Made by a program: the position numbers and the translations under genes
Notes under the pieces: generated by a model
What the model was told of the DNA's origin: nothing
The model's database searches: none
What the model saw: only the letters and a program-made list of their open reading frames with translations
Shown here: in pieces, positions 60,093 to 64,000 of the stretch
Layout of the letters: every line of letters begins with the position of its first letter
Numbering within the stretch: the first letter of the stretch is position 1
Assembly: GCA_016839555.1 (NCBI GenBank)
Contig: JAEOUA010000006.1
Location: 416,001-480,000, forward strand
Reading direction: 5' to 3'
Source: Promethearchaeota archaeon
Lineage (GTDB): Archaea > Asgardarchaeota > Lokiarchaeia > Sigyniarchaeales > SOKP01
DNA: 64,000 bases

Positions 60093-61143
60093 AAGTAATG
60101 AGATTAATGAAATTCTAGAAAAATTTAATGCAAATAGAGCTTCTTGGGAAGATTTCTCTAAATTTATCGAATTTGATTTTGATAATCTGGAAAGATTTTT
60201 TGAAATCACTCAAAAAGTAAAATTAGAAAATTTTAATAATGAATTAAAGATTTATGTACCTGGAGAGAGATTTCCTGCGATAAGTATTACAGGAAATGAA
60301 TGTGAATTACATTGTGAGCATTGTGATGGAAAATATTTAAAGGGCATGATATCCATTCGAGATAATAAAAAATTAGAGAAGTTTTTGATTAATCATAATA
60401 AGAATGGCGGAGTAGGTATCCTTATTTCTGGAGGGTGTTTATCAGATGGTTCAGTTCCTATATTTAATTATTTAGAAACCATTAAAAAAATAAAAAAAAG
60501 AACAAATTTAATTATTAATGCGCATACAGGGCTATTGAATAAGGAAACAGCAAAAAAACTAATAGAAGCAAAAGTTGATATAATATCTTTTGATGTCAAT
60601 TTAGATTCAGAGATCATCAGAAATATTTATCATTTAAAAAAAGAATTAGAGGATTATAAAAAAGCTATTGATTTATTAAGATCATATAATTTGAATATCG
60701 TCCCTCATGTCTGTATAGGGTTATATTATGGAAATCTTCACAAGGAATTAGATTCCATAAAATTCATAAAAGAATCAGGATTACATCCTTCTCTGATTGT
60801 TTTTATTGCTTTAATCCCCCCAAATAAGAATGAATTTAAAACACCTACTTCTCTTGATATCTCAAAAATTATTGGAATTACTAGGATAATTTTTCCTAAA
60901 ACTGAAATTTCCTTGGGATGCATGCGTCCACGAAAGAAATTTAGGGAACAAATTGAATTAAATTCATTCAAAGCAGGGATAAATAGAATTGAAATGCCCT
61001 CCGCAAAAACTTTACAAAAGATAAAGAAAATTTATCCTGAGATCAAATTTAAATATTTTTCTGCATGCTGTGCACTTCCTATAAAACATGAATCCTTGGC
61101 AAAAACGAATAAATCAGAAATAAAAAGATATATGAGAATTTAA
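60085..61143 (+). CDS. lipS1: Archaeal-type lipoyl synthase LipS1 (radical SAM)
   Basis: SITGNECELHCEHC, LISGG, LGCMRP and C-terminal CC motifs. Confidence 0.85.
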   Translation: MNKSNEINEILEKFNANRASWEDFSKFIEFDFDNLERFFEITQKVKLENFNNELKIYVPGERFPAISITGNECELHCEHCDGKYLKGMISIRDNKKLEKFLINHNKNGGVGILISGGCLSDGSVPIFNYLETIKKIKKRTNLIINAHTGLLNKETAKKLIEAKVDIISFDVNLDSEIIRNIYHLKKELEDYKKAIDLLRSYNLNIVPHVCIGLYYGNLHKELDSIKFIKESGLHPSLIVFIALIPPNKNEFKTPTSLDISKIIGITRIIFPKTEISLGCMRPRKKFREQIELNSFKAGINRIEMPSAKTLQKIKKIYPEIKFKYFSACCALPIKHESLAKTNKSEIKRYMRI

Positions 61144-61221
61144 GAATTTAATTATTATTATTCCTTATATTACTCAAATTGATTTGAAGAATTTTAATAA
61201 TTATATGAAATAATTGAAATT

Positions 61222-61656
61222 ATGGAAAATTTAGAGCTCATTAAAGAGAAATTTAAGCAGGATAATTTTGCTAAAAATTTTGGGATTGTTTTAGATGATA
61301 TAACAGAAGATTCCGTAAAAATGCACATGAAACTTACTCCTAAGATGAATAATTTTGATGGCAGACCACATGGGGGCGCTATCTATGGTTTAGCGGATGC
61401 TGCTTTTTCTGTTATTGGTAATAATAGAAATAATATTTGTGTGGCTTTAGATTGTAATATAAATTATTATGCAAGTCCTGATCCCGGAAAAATTTTGTAT
61501 ATTGATGGAGAACTAATAAAACAAACCAAAAGAATAGGAACATATATCTTTTCTTTATATACTAAAGAAAATAATAGCAAAAAAAAGATAGCAACGATGA
61601 TTAGTTCTTTATACTGCACAGGAAAACCTCATAATCCTAATTTAAAAGTAGGATAA
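61222..61656 (+). CDS. PaaI-family hot-dog acyl-CoA thioesterase
   Basis: DNFAKNFGI, N..GRPHGGAIYGLADAAF. Confidence 0.9.
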   Translation: MENLELIKEKFKQDNFAKNFGIVLDDITEDSVKMHMKLTPKMNNFDGRPHGGAIYGLADAAFSVIGNNRNNICVALDCNINYYASPDPGKILYIDGELIKQTKRIGTYIFSLYTKENNSKKKIATMISSLYCTGKPHNPNLKVG

Positions 61657-61663
61657 TAATTTA

Positions 61664-63067
61664 ATGACTAAAAAAATTAAACTATTTGGACTTACCAGTA
61701 TACCCCATATAAAAAAAGGGGATGATATAGTTCAAATCATTTGTGATTCATGTCAGAAAGAAGATTTTACATTGCAAAATGGAGATATCATATTAATCGC
61801 CCAAACAATTATCACTAAAAGCTTAGGAAGAATAAAAGACTTAAAAGAAATTACTCCGAGTCCAGAAGCTTATGAAATATATAATAAAATAAAGCCATTA
61901 GCTAAAGCAGAAAATATTCCCTTAAAATCTCCAGAATTAATCCAAGTAATTTTAGAGGAAAGTAAAAAGATACTAAAAGCGGAGCATGTTATTATCACCG
62001 AAACAAACCAAGGTTTTATATGTGCAAATGCGGGTATTGATAAATCAAATATAGAAGGAGAAACAAAAATTGGACTTTTACCTAAAAATTGTGATTTAGA
62101 GGCTCAAAAAATTTGTAAAAGAATCCAAGATATTACGGGAAAAAAAATTGCAGTTATCATAACCGATTCATTTGGTCGACCATTTAGAATTGGTTCTGTT
62201 GGAGTTGCTCTGGGTACAGCTGGAATTAGCCCACTTAAAGATCAAAGAGGTAAGAAAGATCTTTATGGAAAAACGCTACAAAGTACAATCATTGGACAAG
62301 TTGACAATCTTGCATCTTCGGCTCAATTGCTTATGGGTGAGACTAATGAAGGTCTCCCTATAATAATTATTAGAGGATATGAATTTGAGTATGAAAAATA
62401 TGCAAATATTTCTTCAATAATTAGAAAGGCAGAAACTGATCTTTTTCAAGAAAATTATGAACAATCCTTTGTAAAATTGTTAAAAAGTCGTAGAAGTTAT
62501 AAATTAAAATATTCTAAGAGGAAAGTAGATAAGAAGATCATAGAAAAATGTATAGAAATTGCCAATTGGGCCCCTAGTGCTCATAATGCCCAACCATGGC
62601 GATATATTATCTTAGAAAGAGGAATATTAAGAAAAAAACTCATAGATAAGATGAATGAAAAGTATAAATCCGATTTAAAAAAAGATGGAAAAAATAAGAG
62701 TCAGATAAAAAAAAGGATTCAAAAGACAAGAATTCAATTTCTCGACTGTCCAGTCTTAATTTTATTATGTTTAGATAAACATGACCTTGATAAATATCCG
62801 GATAAAGAGCGCAATAAAAAGGAACATATTTTAGGAGTACAAGGGATTTCAGCATCAGCGACATATTTATTAATAAGTTTTGAAATAATGGGTCTTTCAG
62901 CCTGCTGGTATTGTGCTCCTTTATTTGTTAAGAATATAGTAAGAGAAGTATTAAATTTGCCAAAAAATATAGAACCTTTGGCTTTTTTCACAGTGGGATA
63001 TGGTAAAAAAACTAAAATAAAAGCACCAATTAGGAAAAGACTTAAAGATATAATTCTCGAAATATAA
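61664..63067 (+). CDS. cofE: F420-0:gamma-glutamyl ligase fused to nitroreductase (FbiB architecture)
   Basis: ICANAGIDKSN, IITDSFGRPFR, LLMGE; C-domain SRRS, APSAHNAQPWR, GLSACWYCAPLF. Confidence 0.92.
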   Translation: MTKKIKLFGLTSIPHIKKGDDIVQIICDSCQKEDFTLQNGDIILIAQTIITKSLGRIKDLKEITPSPEAYEIYNKIKPLAKAENIPLKSPELIQVILEESKKILKAEHVIITETNQGFICANAGIDKSNIEGETKIGLLPKNCDLEAQKICKRIQDITGKKIAVIITDSFGRPFRIGSVGVALGTAGISPLKDQRGKKDLYGKTLQSTIIGQVDNLASSAQLLMGETNEGLPIIIIRGYEFEYEKYANISSIIRKAETDLFQENYEQSFVKLLKSRRSYKLKYSKRKVDKKIIEKCIEIANWAPSAHNAQPWRYIILERGILRKKLIDKMNEKYKSDLKKDGKNKSQIKKRIQKTRIQFLDCPVLILLCLDKHDLDKYPDKERNKKEHILGVQGISASATYLLISFEIMGLSACWYCAPLFVKNIVREVLNLPKNIEPLAFFTVGYGKKTKIKAPIRKRLKDIILEI

Positions 63068-63083
63068 AATTATAAATAAAAAA

Positions 63084-64000
63084 ATGACAAAAGAACCATA
63101 CTTAATTTTAGCAGGAGGAGTTGGAGCTGCAAAACTTATTGAGGGGTTAGCATATGCTACCAATCCTAAAAATTTAAAGATTATTATCAATACAGGGGAT
63201 GATATCGAATTATTTGGACTTCAGATTTGTCCGGATTTGGATATTATTACTTATACTTTAGCAAATTTAGTTGATAAGAAGAAAGGGTGGGGTTTTAAAG
63301 ATGATACCTTTAATTGTTTGAGTATTTTAAAAAAATATTATAATTTTAATTGGTTTAATGCGGGAGATAAGGATTTGGCAACACATATTTATCGAACAGA
63401 TTTATTTAAAAAAGGACTTAAAAAATCTGAAATCACTAAACAAATATGTCAAAAACTTGGGATAAAATCTGAACTGATTCCGATGTGTGATGAACCATTT
63501 GAAACCTTAATAAAAACACCGCAAGGAATAATGCATTTTGAAGAATTTTATATTAAAAATCAATGTAAAGCCGAAATTATAGATGTCATTTTTAAAGGAA
63601 AAAACACAGCTAAGCCTGTTGATGGAATATTAAAACATATTTTAAACGCGAATAAAATTATCATTTGTCCCTCAAATCCTATAGTTTCAATTGGAACTAT
63701 TTTATCATTGCCACGTATTAGAGAAACTTTAGAAAAAGTTAAAGAAAAAGTAATGGCGATTAGTCCAATAATTAAGGGGAAGACTGTCAAGGGTCCAGCC
63801 GATAAATTAATGAAATGGAAGGGGTTGGAAGTATCTTGTTTTGGAGTTGCCCAATATTACAAAGATATAATTAAACATTATATAATTGATATTAGAGATT
63901 GTAAATATAAACCAATAATAGAAAAAAAATTAGATATTATAACATATTGTCATGATACATTAATGACAGATTTAGAAAAAAAAATTGATTTAGCCAAGTT
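63084..64000 (+). CDS. cofD: 2-phospho-L-lactate/PEP transferase, runs off window end; not in ORF track
   Basis: MTKEPYLILAGGVGAAKLIEGL...INTGDD...ICPDLD...GDKDLATH...PSNPIVSIG...KGPADKLM. Confidence 0.95.
   Translation, partial: MTKEPYLILAGGVGAAKLIEGLAYATNPKNLKIIINTGDDIELFGLQICPDLDIITYTLANLVDKKKGWGFKDDTFNCLSILKKYYNFNWFNAGDKDLATHIYRTDLFKKGLKKSEITKQICQKLGIKSELIPMCDEPFETLIKTPQGIMHFEEFYIKNQCKAEIIDVIFKGKNTAKPVDGILKHILNANKIIICPSNPIVSIGTILSLPRIRETLEKVKEKVMAISPIIKGKTVKGPADKLMKWKGLEVSCFGVAQYYKDIIKHYIIDIRDCKYKPIIEKKLDIITYCHDTLMTDLEKKIDLAK

Noticed and set aside
693-63790. Numerous 60-150 aa ORFs antisense to or overlapping long genes (e.g. 3042-3374, 11077-11409, 16641-17003, 37205-37669, 46801-47148, 63560-63790)
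   Set aside because: Phe/Ile/Ser-rich reverse-complement shadows of recognisable genes, with no motifs of their own.
1-64000. Mobile elements, prophage, rRNA, selenoprotein readthrough
   Set aside because: No transposase, integrase or capsid motifs, no long GC-rich RNA tract, and the redox proteins inspected have ordinary Cys codons.

Overview
Strongly AT-rich, gene-dense archaeal chromosome segment. It is most consistent with an Asgard archaeon (Lokiarchaeia-like): archaeal ribosomal proteins sit beside eukaryote-signature genes (ribophorin I, OSTC/OST3-6-like, Sec61-beta, roadblock, longin-like and TRAPP/V4R-like proteins, RING finger). Layout: (1) 1-6 kb, part of the S10/spc r-protein cluster (rps19 to rps8, including an unlisted rps14), split by a structured 297-bp gap. 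(2) 6-28 kb, mixed housekeeping genes plus a DPM2-like membrane protein, a GATase-like/RING fusion, an RPC34/TFE-beta-like Fe-S protein, two short RadA paralogs, an RCK channel lacking the K+ filter and a candidate four-hairpin small RNA. (3) 28-40 kb, an ER-like glycosylation/translocation neighbourhood (DUF354, AglH/DPAGT1, giant M48 protease, UbiA phosphoribosyltransferase, PHP, DUF362; ribophorin I; Sec61-beta), with a tRNA-Gln(UUG) carrying two non-canonical BHB introns and C33. (4) 43-54 kb, a trafficking-like neighbourhood: roadblock with a probable ATT start, 7TM protein, coupled Bet3-like/Trs31-like pair and a longin-like pair. (5) 53-64 kb, hybrid bacterial/archaeal LeuRS, LipS2-ligase-LipS1-thioesterase lipoylation cluster and F420 genes (fbiB-type cofE, cofD, truncated at the window edge). 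No CRISPR array, rRNA or mobile element was seen. All family assignments come from motif recognition by eye, not database searches.
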